From Vulcanimicrobiota bacterium (lineage in GTDB: Bacteria; Vulcanimicrobiota; Vulcanimicrobiia; Vulcanimicrobiales; Vulcanimicrobiaceae): a stretch of DNA of 64,000 bases. The stretch lies in assembly GCA_963812155.1 (NCBI GenBank), contig CAWETW010000001.1, positions 448,001 through 512,000 on the forward strand, given 5' to 3'. A program made the translations under genes and the position numbers. Positions 42,563 to 53,188 of the stretch are shown here, piece after piece. The stretch's first letter is position 1, and each line of letters starts with the position of its first letter. The notes under the pieces are model-generated. The model worked only from the letters and a program-made list of their open reading frames with translations, was not told where the DNA came from and made no database searches.

Positions 42563-43290
42563 CTAATGCTTCGTCGTGATCCGTTGCGACTGGAGTTGCT
42601 CGTGAACGAGTTGGAAGGCGTCGGGCCCCGATACTTACTCCGCCGCGGAAGGGGTGGTCGACGGCCGCGATCATGAAAATGAGGAGCGACACTAAGATAC
42701 CGGAAACGATCGTCATCACGACATGCACTTTGAATCGCTCCAATGCAAGGAAATACGTGAGGAACACGGTGAGGATTCCGCCGATGACGACGACGGTCCA
42801 CATGGCTTCGGGCAACCCGGCGTCTTTGTCGTGCAAGCGTAGACGCCGCAACTCGATCATGCGTTCGAATTCTTCAATGGCCGCGGCGTGGATGATTCGC
42901 TCGCGTTCGTTCTTGGGCTCGAAGGAATAAAACGTCGACTGAAAGTCGTTCAATAGTGCGGCCGGCTGAGGCGGAACGACACCACGCTGTAGAAGCGGCC
43001 ATCCATCAACCACGGCCTGAGTATACGCTCGCAACTCTTCGCGTGACTTTGTCGTCGTAGTTCGAGTACTGCTCCCACGCTGCAACGGCGATGAGGCCCG
43101 CAACGATACCGTAGAAGACTGCCGCCGCCGCGATGTACGCATCCACACCTTCGTTGTGGCCCGGGCGCGGCCCGGTTATGGCGGTGACGAAGCGCCGCGT
43201 CGCGTACAGCCCAACGACGGAGAGCGCGGTGAAGACGACCACGATCAGCAGCCCCATCACCCGAGTTGGGAGATCGTACAACCAAAGCAC
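42563..43290 (-). CDS. DUF4239 (bestrophin-like) membrane protein; frameshifted
   Basis: V.YG...GL....AW, Y...VV..W, R..RL, LP..MW, DHPF.G. Confidence 0.65.
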
Positions 43291-43423
43291 GAGTGATCTC
43301 CTAGACGTTGCGACGGCCAAGCCATTGTAGCATGCGGCGCCGCTAGGCGGATCCGGCGACGGGCGTCAGGCGAGGTGCAGCCCGCGGCACGCCGCCGGCA
43401 CGGGATGCGGCTACCGTGGTCGC

Positions 43424-45337
43424 ATGGGCAAGATCGTATGTGTCATCGTTATCGTCATCGCCGCTTGCGGCATCGTGAAGTCGGCTCCAGCGGCGGCCGC
43501 GACGCGGCTCGACGACATCGCCGCGAACGACAATACCGTTTCCGCCGGCATCCTTCGCAACGGAGTGCTGCATTTGACGCTCGTTGCGCGGCGCGGCATG
43601 TGGTATCCCGACGGCCGGGGCACTGCCGGCCTTCCAGTGGAGGCATTCGGCGAAGCCGGCAAGCCGCTGCAAATCCCCGGCCCGCTGCTTCGCGTTCCGG
43701 TCGGAACGCGGATCGTCGTGACGCTCCGCAACGAGCTCGGACACGAGCTGAACGTGCGCGGCCTTGCCCCGCCTGGTGCAACGACCGTCGTGCTCGCAGC
43801 CAACGGCGCAACGCGGCGGGTTTCCTTCGTACTAAGCCACCCCGGCGCATTCGGCTACTACGGCAGCGACAACCGCGGGGCAAACGGCAATAATCCTAGC
43901 GAGACGATCGACACCCGAATCTTTCGCGACGCCGAGCTGTCGGGTGCAATCGTCGCCGAAAACCCGAGAGCCCCGCGTGTGGACCACATCTTCGTGCTCG
44001 GGATTTACGATGCCGTAAAACTCCAAGACGGCACACCGAATTTTCTCTATATGCTCGAGACCATCAACGGCCGCGCATTCCCCGCAACCGAACGTCTCAC
44101 GTATCAACGCGGCAAGACCGTGCGTTGGGCAATCTTCAATGCATCTCTGATGGTTCACCCCATGCATTTACACGGGTTCTACTACCGCCTGGATCGGTCC
44201 GGGGCATACGACGAGGTAACGCATGCCTTCCGGCCCGGCGAAGCGGAGGAATTGACGTGGACCGCGGATCGCGCCGGCGATTGGATGTTCCACTGCCACA
44301 TCGACGACCACATCACGCGTCATTTGCCGGTGACGGAAATGCTTTCACACCAGCCCTCTAAAAACGATATTACAGCAGAAACCGTCGCAAGACGCTTTCA
44401 CCTACCGAACGAGCCGATGGGCGGCATGGTCATTGCGCTGCACGTCGCGGCGCGTCCCGGCGATCGAACGCCCGCCGCAACCGGCGCTTCGCGGCGTCTC
44501 TCGCTCGCGCTCGACGACCAGGACGTCAACAAACCGCCCTATCCCGGTCTTGCGAAGGCCACGATTCGTTTATCGGAAGGCGACCGCACGACCGATTCAA
44601 CCGGTAATCTCGGTCCAACGATCGTGCTTACTCGCGATCAACCGGTAGCGATTGCGATTACGAACCATACGCACGAAGAGTCGAGCATCCACTGGCACGG
44701 CATCGCGCTCGCCGACAGCTACTATGACGGCGGATCGGGAATGGGCATGGCGATGCACGGCGAGCGCGTGTCGCCGCCGATCGAACCGGGCGGCACGTTC
44801 GTCGCGCGCTTTGCGCCGCCGGATGCGGGAACGTTCATGTACCACGCGCATATGGACGACGGCTGGCAACTGGGAAGCGGCCTCGACGGGGCACTCGTCG
44901 TCACGCCCCCGGGACAGTCGTTCGATCCGAACACCGATCACGTCATAATGATCTCGGAGTCGTACGAAAAGGCCGGCTCGCCCTTCGTTGCGATTGGAGG
45001 GTCGCTCACGCCACGACCGATCTCGATGTCCGCCGGCGTCGCACAGCGGCTTCGGATTGGAGTGCTTACCCTCTCGGGTCAAAACCTGGTGGCGTCGCTC
45101 GTTGACGATGGACGCGTCGTTCGCTGGATTCCGATCGCGAAGGATGGGCGCGACCTTGCGTTGGCATTGCAGCGAGAACGCACGGCGACCACCGCCTTAA
45201 CGATCGGAGAAACGCGCGATTTCCGCTTCGTCCCGAGCCATGCCGGCAGATTCGAGCTGCGCGTATACGATCTTGACAACAACGGCATGCTGGTTGCGAC
45301 GCAACCATTTGAAGTAAGCGCCCACGGCGAGAAATAG
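43424..45337 (+). CDS. Secreted multicopper oxidase with four cupredoxin domains
   Basis: HPMHLHG, WMFHCHIDDH, SIHWHG, FMYHAH; signal peptide. Confidence 0.88.
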   Translation: MGKIVCVIVIVIAACGIVKSAPAAAATRLDDIAANDNTVSAGILRNGVLHLTLVARRGMWYPDGRGTAGLPVEAFGEAGKPLQIPGPLLRVPVGTRIVVTLRNELGHELNVRGLAPPGATTVVLAANGATRRVSFVLSHPGAFGYYGSDNRGANGNNPSETIDTRIFRDAELSGAIVAENPRAPRVDHIFVLGIYDAVKLQDGTPNFLYMLETINGRAFPATERLTYQRGKTVRWAIFNASLMVHPMHLHGFYYRLDRSGAYDEVTHAFRPGEAEELTWTADRAGDWMFHCHIDDHITRHLPVTEMLSHQPSKNDITAETVARRFHLPNEPMGGMVIALHVAARPGDRTPAATGASRRLSLALDDQDVNKPPYPGLAKATIRLSEGDRTTDSTGNLGPTIVLTRDQPVAIAITNHTHEESSIHWHGIALADSYYDGGSGMGMAMHGERVSPPIEPGGTFVARFAPPDAGTFMYHAHMDDGWQLGSGLDGALVVTPPGQSFDPNTDHVIMISESYEKAGSPFVAIGGSLTPRPISMSAGVAQRLRIGVLTLSGQNLVASLVDDGRVVRWIPIAKDGRDLALALQRERTATTALTIGETRDFRFVPSHAGRFELRVYDLDNNGMLVATQPFEVSAHGEK

Positions 45338-45491
45338 ATATCGTCGTGCTAATTGCACGTTAATTATCCCGCATCTCAAAGACTTCGGGGACGGGCAGTA
45401 ACAAGCCGGAGCGCGACTCGGAATCAAATTCCGGGTCGCGTTTTCATTTATTTGAACTCCAAGCATTTATGAACACTGTTGCAGTAGGCGG

Positions 45492-46704
45492 TGACGTGCA
45501 GCCCTGAGTTATGCCGCGGATAGCTGGAGCGGTAGTATGATTTGGAGTCCGCGTGCGAACTCCTCGGGGGTTCGGTTCCCTAGGGCTTTGTGAGGCCGAT
45601 TGGTGTTGTAGTCGATTCTCCAGCGATTCGATGATTGAACGCGCGTGCCGCGAGGCTCGCGAACTCGTGCTCGTTCAAGACATTCGTCGCGAAAGCGCCC
45701 GTTGAAGGACTCGACGAAGGCATTTTGCGTTGGCTTTCCGGGCTGAATGAAGTGCAACCGGACTTTGCGATCGCGGGCCCAGCAAGCCATCGCAAGGCTC
45801 GTTAGTTCGGTGCCGTTGTCCATCACGATGGTCTGCGGAAAGCCGCGAACTGAGCCGATCGCATCGAGAACGCGCGCGACACGCCCACCTGAGAGCGACG
45901 TGTCGACCTCAATGGCGAGGCATTCACGCGTGAAGTCGTCGACGATGTTGAGCGTTCTAATGCGGCGGCCGCTTTCTAAGGTGTCGTGAACAAAGTCGAG
46001 CGACCAGCGTTCGTTAACCGTGGAGACGATCGGCGCAGCCGATCGCCTCGACCGAGTCGCAACGCGACGTTTCAGGCGCTTGCGGACCTGCAGATGTCGC
46101 CTCGCGATAGACGCGCAGAACCCGCTTGATGTTCACGATTCCAGCCGTCTCGCCGAAGCAGTACGGCGAGCCGTCGGTAGCCGAACCGTCGCCGTTCCGC
46201 AGCCAGCTCTTCAAGGCGTGCTACGAAGCGGCCCGTCGTCTTTCGGAATGCGAACGTAACGGATCATTCGCCGATTCGCTCGCACGTACCGACAGGCTTG
46301 GCGTTCGCTGATGTCGAGCTGCTCGCGAGCCGCCTGTACGACTCGACGCTTCTGCACAGGCGTTAGAAGTTTCCCGAGGCGGCAATCTTGAGCGTATCGA
46401 TGTGGAGCGCTTGATCGGCAACGATCCGCTTCAAACGACGGTTTTCGTCCTCGAGCTGCACGCATCTTGGCAACGTCGCTGACTTCCATGCCGCCAAACT
46501 TGGCTTTCCAGGCGTAGAACGTCGCTGGGCTGATCGCCGTGCCGCCGGCAGAGATCTTTGGTCGCGTCGCCGGCCTCGTGCTCTTTGAGGATGCCGACGA
46601 TCTGGGCTTCGCTGAACCGGGACTTCTTCACGGTGGTCTCCTTCGAGGCCGGAGGCCTCAGGATTCTCCACCTATCGTTGGATCACTTTACAGGCTGCAC
46701 GTCA
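45492..46704 (-). mobile_element. IS3-family element (IS407-like) with multiply frameshifted orfA/orfB
   Basis: Terminal IRs TGACGTGCAGCC...GATAG(C/G)TGGAG; orfA KKSRFSEAQIVGILKE; orfB WSLDFV.D, DNGTE, PGKPTQNAFVESFNGRFRDECL. Confidence 0.93.
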
Positions 46705-46748
46705 TGCGCACCACGACGTTCGACACAAATAGCGGAAGCCGACGTGGC

Positions 46749-46784
46749 TAAGGGGTCCCGGCAGTTGCCGGAACCCCTTATTTT
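46749..46784. terminator. Hairpin terminator
   Basis: TAAGGGGT.CCGGCA / TGCCGG.ACCCCTTA followed by TTTT. Confidence 0.6.
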
Positions 46785-46808
46785 GTTGCGTTGCGAGATG
46801 CGCTAGGA

Positions 46809-47374
46809 CTAATTATTTACCGGTATGATCCCGAATTCCCACGGCCCCCAGCAGTTGCCCGCTCCAGGGCCGCCGTCACACTGAATATACGAGAGACTAG
46901 AGACCGCCTTGTTGTTGTTCTTAACGGGGAATGGTTTCCCGGTTAGGGTTATGTACTGGTAGCTCACGTTATCTTGTGTAGTGTCGGTAAAGAACGGGTT
47001 GGGATTCCAGTAATTGCTCCATCGTTTGGGAATGGGTCTGCCATTGATGGTCGTGATTGTGGTGGTCAGCCAGTATTCCTGCGCGCACGTATATCCGAGA
47101 TTTTCGCAGACATTCTCGATATAGGGTCCGCCCGGAGATTGTTGGTTGACGTCGATGCAGCCGTACGCATAGTTAGAGCACGGATTCCGGCCAGTCCGGG
47201 CGTAAGTTGCGTACTTTGAACATGCCCTTTGGCGGTTTACGAAGATGCATAGGGTTTACCACCGGAGAACGCGTTGCCGTTGGGTAGCGCCTGAGAAGTG
47301 CCGCCGCTGGAGCAAGCGGAAAACAGCAGACCGACGGCAATGATTCCAGACGAGGAAAGGATTGAAAGCCGCAC
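46809..47374 (-). pseudogene. Frameshifted hypothetical Cys-containing lipoprotein
   Basis: SD, GTG, FSAC lipobox; continues in other frames to ...GNCWGPWEFGIIPVNN*. Confidence 0.5.
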
Positions 47375-48132
47375 AGAGTCCCCTTTCTTTGCAACATATG
47401 CAAAATGCCGCCTTCCAAATGAAAGGCAGCACACCCCAGCGGGTCGCTTAGCCATAGACCAAGCAAGTCCTCCTCGGGTACGGCGGCACGTCACTCGAGG
47501 CCAGCGCACAGGCGTTCGCGGAACAGGGGCGCTCTAAACCATAGTGAATTTGCGCGCCACTTCTTTGTTGCGCTTGTAAAGGGCCAGCGATATGTCTCAC
47601 TATCGAGCTCCCCTCGCACTCTCCTTAGGCCTTCTCTATCTGACCGCTTGCGGCTCCGGGGCTCCGCAGTCACCCTCCGTTCCAACGGAACCGTAGTAGC
47701 GGCGGGGCGAGCATGGCTCGGCCCGACGAGACACTGTCTTGGGATCCCAATCCGGTGATCGTCAAAGAGAACGGTGAGAGAGACGAAGCAAAACTGTCCC
47801 AATGTAAGTTTTCACCCGAGCGACACGATGAAGCACTCCAAGGATTTGTACTTTAAACGCGTGATTCTGATTGCTCACGATCCGTTGAAGCCGATCTGCA
47901 CCCTTTCTGCAACATCGGAAAGCGCCCCGGCCTTGACAGCACAGCTCATCATCGAAATCCAAAAATAGACGCCCAAAGATTACCGCTTCACGATTTAGGT
48001 TGACGCTAGCTTAGATTACCCTCTTTATGGCCGAGCCTGCAGTTGCTGATCAAGATAGCACGCACTGCCTCTGCCCTCACCGCCTCGGCCGCTTCACGGA
48101 ATCGCTCCAGCTCCTTCTCACGAACGGATTGT

Positions 48133-48240
48133 GCTGAGCCATATGCCAGTCTGATCGACGTTGGTAGCATCCTGTCTGGCACGACCCACAGCGGAGATGG
48201 TTACGGCGGAGGCACGGTTTTCTGGCTGTCGAGATTCTGA
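48133..48240 (+). pseudogene. Single GloVer-type repeat remnant
   Basis: PYASLIDVG..L.GTT..G...G.GTVF.L matches the repeat unit of 13029-14268. Confidence 0.5.
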
Positions 48241-48296
48241 TTTAGGTTCATGACACGACGATCCCGCAAGGTCGGAGGTCACGAAGATCAAAGGAG

Positions 48297-48758
48297 GTGA
48301 CGATGGATCGGATCGAGCAAAACGAAGATTTACGCGAGGCTCGCTTGCGCTATTTTGAAACCTATCCGTTTCCGCTTTTCAGTCACATTGATCTGCGGGT
48401 TAGCGATGCCGATGCCGTACGGCCGTTTTACGATGCCCTTATGGCACTCTTCGGTACCGAGCCGACGACGCCACGGGTCGTGCGTTACGGGTATACTCGG
48501 CGCTACGGCAGCATCCGGGCGGATTTCTTCAATATTTTTTCCGATCCCGATGCGCGGCCCACAACTACGCGTATTGCCTACGCCGCTCCAAGCACCGCCT
48601 TTGTTGACGAAGTCGCGGACGTGGTTCGAACGCATGGTGCTCGAAATATTGAAGGTCCCCAATACTTCGAGCAGCACCACCCAACGTTCTACGCAGTCTT
48701 GTTCGAAGACCCCTTGGGCAATCGCTTCGAAGTTTGCCATCACGGCATGGATAAATAG
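48297..48758 (+). CDS. VOC/glyoxalase-family protein
   Basis: HIDLRVSD, FYD, RIA..A, EGP, YAV.FEDP.GNRFEVC. Confidence 0.85.
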   Translation: MTMDRIEQNEDLREARLRYFETYPFPLFSHIDLRVSDADAVRPFYDALMALFGTEPTTPRVVRYGYTRRYGSIRADFFNIFSDPDARPTTTRIAYAAPSTAFVDEVADVVRTHGARNIEGPQYFEQHHPTFYAVLFEDPLGNRFEVCHHGMDK

Positions 48759-48778
48759 TAGGAAATAGGAGAGCCCCA

Positions 48779-49863
48779 ATGTGTCTTCTGAAGTCGCTTC
48801 AAGTTGCATTGAGCGTCGTCGCCTTTTCAGCAACCGTCGCGGACTGTGGTAGCTCATCGCCTCAACCGGGTCCAGTCGTGCCGGGATCGTCCCTCGATTT
48901 CAACGGCAGAGCATCCACGCCGTACCGAAGCCAGAAATCCTGGATGCTATCCGGAGCCCAAAAACAGCAAAGCGTTCTCTATATTTCGAATCAAGGCAAC
49001 GGCAGCGTCACCGTGTACACGTACCTCGATGGCGGCGGCCTAGTTTTGGTTGGAACGCTCGGAGGATTTTCAAAGCCTGGCGGCATGTGCACAGACAGTG
49101 CCGGCGACGTCTGGATTACAGATTACGGCACAAGTTGATTTCCGAGTACGCGCACCGGCGGTTCGACTCCGATATGTACGATCAAACAGCGTCCCCTCGG
49201 GCTCCCTACGATTGTGCCGTCGATCCGCTAACCGGGAACTTGGCGGTTGCGGTCCAGCATCCACACGCGAAGTATGGGGCGAAAAGCGACGTCGCCGTGT
49301 ATGCCAAGGGAGCGAAAACCGGAAGCATCTACACCTTCCCAAGCGGCTTCAGAAACGTGTACTTCGTGGCATACGATAATAAGAGCAATCTCTATCTCGA
49401 CGCTGCTCCGTGCCCTCCGTCCGGCTGCGGCTCGCTCAACTCGAAACCGACGTACCGAGGAGCACCGCAAGCTCGACCACAGTTGTACAACCCTGGGCTC
49501 TTTAAACTTTCAAGAGGTGGATCGTTCTTTTCCCAGCTCGCCATTAGTGGCGCTACGCTCAACTCGCCCAGCGCAATCAACTGGATCAAGCCAACGCTGC
49601 TGCTGGGCGACCACAACTTTGAGGGCCAAGGCACGAACGGAGCATACAAGTTGCTTGTCTCAGGCTCTACGGCGACCGTCGTTGGAACGCTTCCGTTCAA
49701 TGGAACGCAGCAGGCCTACGGATTCTGGCGACGCGCCGGGCGCGTCGTGGTACCCGACTACACTGGGAACATCGTGCGTATCTACGATCTCTCGAACGGC
49801 TCGCTTGACTCCACGCTGACTACCGAGATTTCGTCACCGTTCGGCGCGGTAGTCAGCCAGTAG
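48779..49863 (+). CDS. Secreted beta-propeller lipoprotein; frameshift near 49135
   Basis: SWM...A, LYISN, PGGMCTD..G.VWI, CAVDP.TGNLAV, AYDNK.NLY; paralogue of 3183-4109. Confidence 0.7.
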
Positions 49864-49928
49864 CAGCGGAGGAAAGACGGTCTTTAAAAGAAGGCTGAGC
49901 TGTCACCAACTACGAAAGAATATGTGAA

Positions 49929-50162
49929 ATGACGTTACCTGTTAAGGTCCTCGTTTATTGCGATCCGGATCCGATTGGAGTGCTGAGCTTCTTGCGGGTT
50001 CCGAACGTTGGAGAGTACATCCAGACAGACTCAGCGTTGCTTCGAGTCACGAAAGTCTTGCACAACACGCAAGAAAACGCTTTGGAGGGTGCCGGCGTCA
50101 TGTGCGAAAGGGTCGAAGGCGAGCACCACCACCACCATGATTCCAACGGCGGCGCACCATGA
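49929..50162 (+). CDS. Small hypothetical protein with His5 tail
   Basis: RVP.VGEYI...V..V.H; EHHHHH. Confidence 0.5.
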   Translation: MTLPVKVLVYCDPDPIGVLSFLRVPNVGEYIQTDSALLRVTKVLHNTQENALEGAGVMCERVEGEHHHHHDSNGGAP

Positions 50163-50198
50163 ATTCCACCGGCCGAATAACGGCCGCCGAGCCCTAAG

Positions 50199-51215
50199 CT
50201 AAGCGAACGGCTGCGAGGGAACGACGGCGGCGTTTTCAATCAAGCCTTCAGATCGGAGATCCAACCAGAATGAAGGTGGGATCCCCGTTTTGAGCGACGT
50301 GTAGTCGGCGAGCACCTGTTGGGGATTTGCGCAGCCGACAACCAGCGCGACCGCGACGTCGGGCGCAATCGAAAACTGTAGTGCGGCCGTGCGAAGGTCG
50401 ACACCGTACCGCTCCGCAATCGCGCGCAGCCGCGCGCGCTTCTCGACGATTCCAGCCGGAATCTCGTAATTGTCCTTTCCATAGTTAAAGCGCGCACTTC
50501 CGCTGATGAATCCGGCGTTAAGCGACGAACCGACGACGAAGACCATTCCACACTCGCGTGCCTTTGGAAAGACCTGATGCAACGCATTCTCGTGATCGAT
50601 CAAGGAGTATTGACGTGCCAGGAGACAGACGTTTGCATCGGCGACCTCCATCAGCTTAAGAATCGGTTCGGGTGAGTTGACGCCAAGTCCCCACGCTTTG
50701 ATCATGCCTTCGTCGCGCATCTTACTCAACGCCGGGAAGGCGCCGGTGCGCGCGATCTCAAATTGCTCTTCCCACGGGCCGGGCAGCAACCGGTTATCCG
50801 GTGACAGGTCGTGCACGAAGACGACGTCGAGGGCGTCGATGCCGAGGCGCTGCAGGCTGTCTTCTATCGAGCGTTTGACGCCGTCGGCGGTGTAGTCAAA
50901 ACGGAGATTGTTCGGCGACGAAGTAAACGGGAAGTACTCTTTCGCATTATTGTCGCGCGACGCCGTAAGGAGTTTGCCGACCTTCGAAGATACAACGTAT
51001 TCGCCGCGCGTTTGCTTGTGTAAAAAACTGCCCAAGCGTCGCTCCGCCAGTCCGAGTCCGTACCATGGAGAAGTGTCGTAGTAGCGCACTCCGGCGTTCC
51101 ACGCAGCCTCGACCGTCGCATACGCAACCTCATCGGTAACGTACGCAAACTCATTCCCAAACGGCACGCCGCCAAGGCCAAAGGGCTTTCCGCTAAAGAT
51201 TTCGGTCGCATTCAC
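50199..51215 (-). CDS. Aldo/keto reductase
   Basis: G.GG...GN, YYDTSPWYG.G.AE, SSKVG, SLQRLG...D....HD, G.IKAWGLG. Confidence 0.92.
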   Translation of the reverse strand: MNATEIFSGKPFGLGGVPFGNEFAYVTDEVAYATVEAAWNAGVRYYDTSPWYGLGLAERRLGSFLHKQTRGEYVVSSKVGKLLTASRDNNAKEYFPFTSSPNNLRFDYTADGVKRSIEDSLQRLGIDALDVVFVHDLSPDNRLLPGPWEEQFEIARTGAFPALSKMRDEGMIKAWGLGVNSPEPILKLMEVADANVCLLARQYSLIDHENALHQVFPKARECGMVFVVGSSLNAGFISGSARFNYGKDNYEIPAGIVEKRARLRAIAERYGVDLRTAALQFSIAPDVAVALVVGCANPQQVLADYTSLKTGIPPSFWLDLRSEGLIENAAVVPSQPFA

Positions 51216-51331
51216 GAAATGATTATACCCGTGCGGTCGACCGTTAATACGCGCTTAAACCAAGTACGATACGCTGGGAACACTCAACCCGTTCGCGGGA
51301 CATCCGCGCGCAGCTTCAACGAGGGGGTTTC

Positions 51332-52232
51332 GTGTCTAGCTACTTCGCTAAACTTCTACGGTCGTGTTGGGCGATCGTGCTCGTCGCGGGCGCGACCGCG
51401 TGCTCGGGTGCCGGGATGACCGGAAGCAACCCTCCTGCCGTCTCCGCGCCGGCCCGCCGAGCGCCGGCCCCGCAGGCATCGCCGCACGCATCGTACGTGA
51501 CGATCGTCCTGATGGAGAATAAGGATGAAGACAGAATCATCGGCAGTCCGAAGGCGCCGTATATTAACGGGACGCTCGTTCCAAGTGGTGCGCTGCTCGC
51601 CAACAGCCACGCGGTCGGCCATCCCAGCGAACCCAACTACCTAGCGTTGTTTTCAGGCTCGACGCACCACGTCCACGGCGACCCGTGCCCGCTCAGCTAC
51701 CACAGCACCAACGTAGCATCCGAACTCATCGCCGCAGGGCTTGAGCTTTGGCGGCTACTCGGAATCTATGCCGTACGACGGATTCACCGGCTGCGAGACG
51801 CAGAAGTACGCGCGCAAGCACAGCCCATGGGTCAACTTCACGAACGTCCCGGCAAGCGACAACCTCGTGTACCATCGCTTTCCGAAATCGCCGCAGTCGC
51901 TCGTCTGGATCACGCCCAATCTCTGCAACGACATGCACAACTGCGAAATATCGCGCGGCGACAAGTGGCTTTCGAATCACCTGCCGCCCATCATCGCCTG
52001 GAATGAGCAGCACAACGGTCTATTGATCGTTACGTTCGACGAGGCGTCGCCGGATCGCAATCACACGAACCATATCGCGACGATATTCGTCGGCCCGATG
52101 GTCGTGCCGGGCAGCGTCAACCAGCAGGACGTGGACCATTATTCGGTTCTGCAGACGATCGAATCGATCTTCGGCCTACCATGTATTCTGAACGACTGCA
52201 GCGCAACGACGATCACGGGCATTTGGCAGTAG
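51332..52232 (+). CDS. Phosphoesterase/acid phosphatase-family lipoprotein; frameshift near 51742
   Basis: IVLMEN, HPSEPNYLAL.SG, YARKH.PW, PNLCNDMH, TFDE, DHYS.L.TIE. Confidence 0.82.
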
Positions 52233-52384
52233 CCCTCGGGTAGCCGGCTTCCGCGCCCCGACCCCTCGACTTGGTCCGCTTCTTCTACTCGATCGCCCGC
52301 ATGCTCCCGGAGCATTGACGTTTAAGGCACGCGGCGCGCGGGCATAACGCCCAAGCAAGAAACAGTTGAGTACTTCCACGACAC

Positions 52385-52421
52385 AGAGCGGCCGCTGCTA
52401 ACTCCTCAGTGGCCGCTCTTT
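52385..52421 (+). terminator. 13-bp hairpin with short T-run
   Basis: AGAGCGGCCGCTG / CAGTGGCCGCTCT. Confidence 0.45.
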
Positions 52422-52443
52422 CCGTTCTCAAGCACACTAGTAT

Positions 52444-52977
52444 TTGCCGTCGTTGAACCTCAAGCGGTCTGGGCGCGTTAGCGGATGTTTGCAGGGCCGC
52501 CTTGCGGGGTATTTTTTTATCCAAAGAGCTACACAAAAGTCCCTTGGAGCAACGACGATTTCAGTGGCCTACTTTGAGGAGCTCCTTGAAGCCCTTAACC
52601 CCGGAGGCTCAGTAGATTCAACGGCCGACTTACTCGGGGTTGACAGCGGAGTGCTAGTGTTTTGGCCCTTCGCCCTTCCAGATTCTGTCCTTGACAAAAT
52701 GGCGGAGCAGTTGAACGTGCCCATCAATCAAGTACGCGCGGAGTACGTCGCTTTCGTAAAGGACAGGCGCGAACTTTATGCTTGCGTTTATTCGAGGGCG
52801 CTATTGGAGCTAGACGGTATCGAGCCGCCTAGCTCTACATCGAAAGAGATACAGGCCATTCGGTCACGGATTGCAGGGTGGCATGCGACAAGCCACGGCG
52901 ATCGATCAGTTAAGGTGGAAGCCGACCCTAAGTCGTCAGCAGCCGTTGTCCGGCAGTTTTTCGGCCTTCCTACCTGA
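52444..52977 (+). CDS. Hypothetical protein of lower GC, probably a fragment
   Basis: 177-aa ORF; no recognisable motif or convincing start. Confidence 0.3.
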   Translation: MPSLNLKRSGRVSGCLQGRLAGYFFIQRATQKSLGATTISVAYFEELLEALNPGGSVDSTADLLGVDSGVLVFWPFALPDSVLDKMAEQLNVPINQVRAEYVAFVKDRRELYACVYSRALLELDGIEPPSSTSKEIQAIRSRIAGWHATSHGDRSVKVEADPKSSAAVVRQFFGLPT

Positions 52978-53188
52978 TCGCCCACATGCTCGCGTGGGTC
53001 TCAGCGCTTAGCTGAACTCAATCGCGCGCATGGCATCCGCGCTGCGTTATTTGAGGCCTCAAATCCCTCACCTTAGGTGCCTCAAGAGTGCCATTGACTG
53101 CGCCTAGCTCTCCAGAGAAAAAGAAAACGGGCCCACGTCAAAGCGAGCCCGCAATTCCATTTGATCCCCTGGTCGGATGTGACGAAGC

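Noticed and set aside
45488..46708. Target-site duplication around the IS3
   Set aside because: Flanks GCGG and TGCG do not match
46966..46979. ACGTTATCTTGTGT, similar to the predicted IS110 donor junction
   Set aside because: One mismatch, inside an unrelated coding region with no IS sequence nearby; plausibly chance
47480..48130. Short ORFs in a lower-GC stretch (also 54380-54600)
   Set aside because: No motifs or convincing starts; probably decayed island DNA
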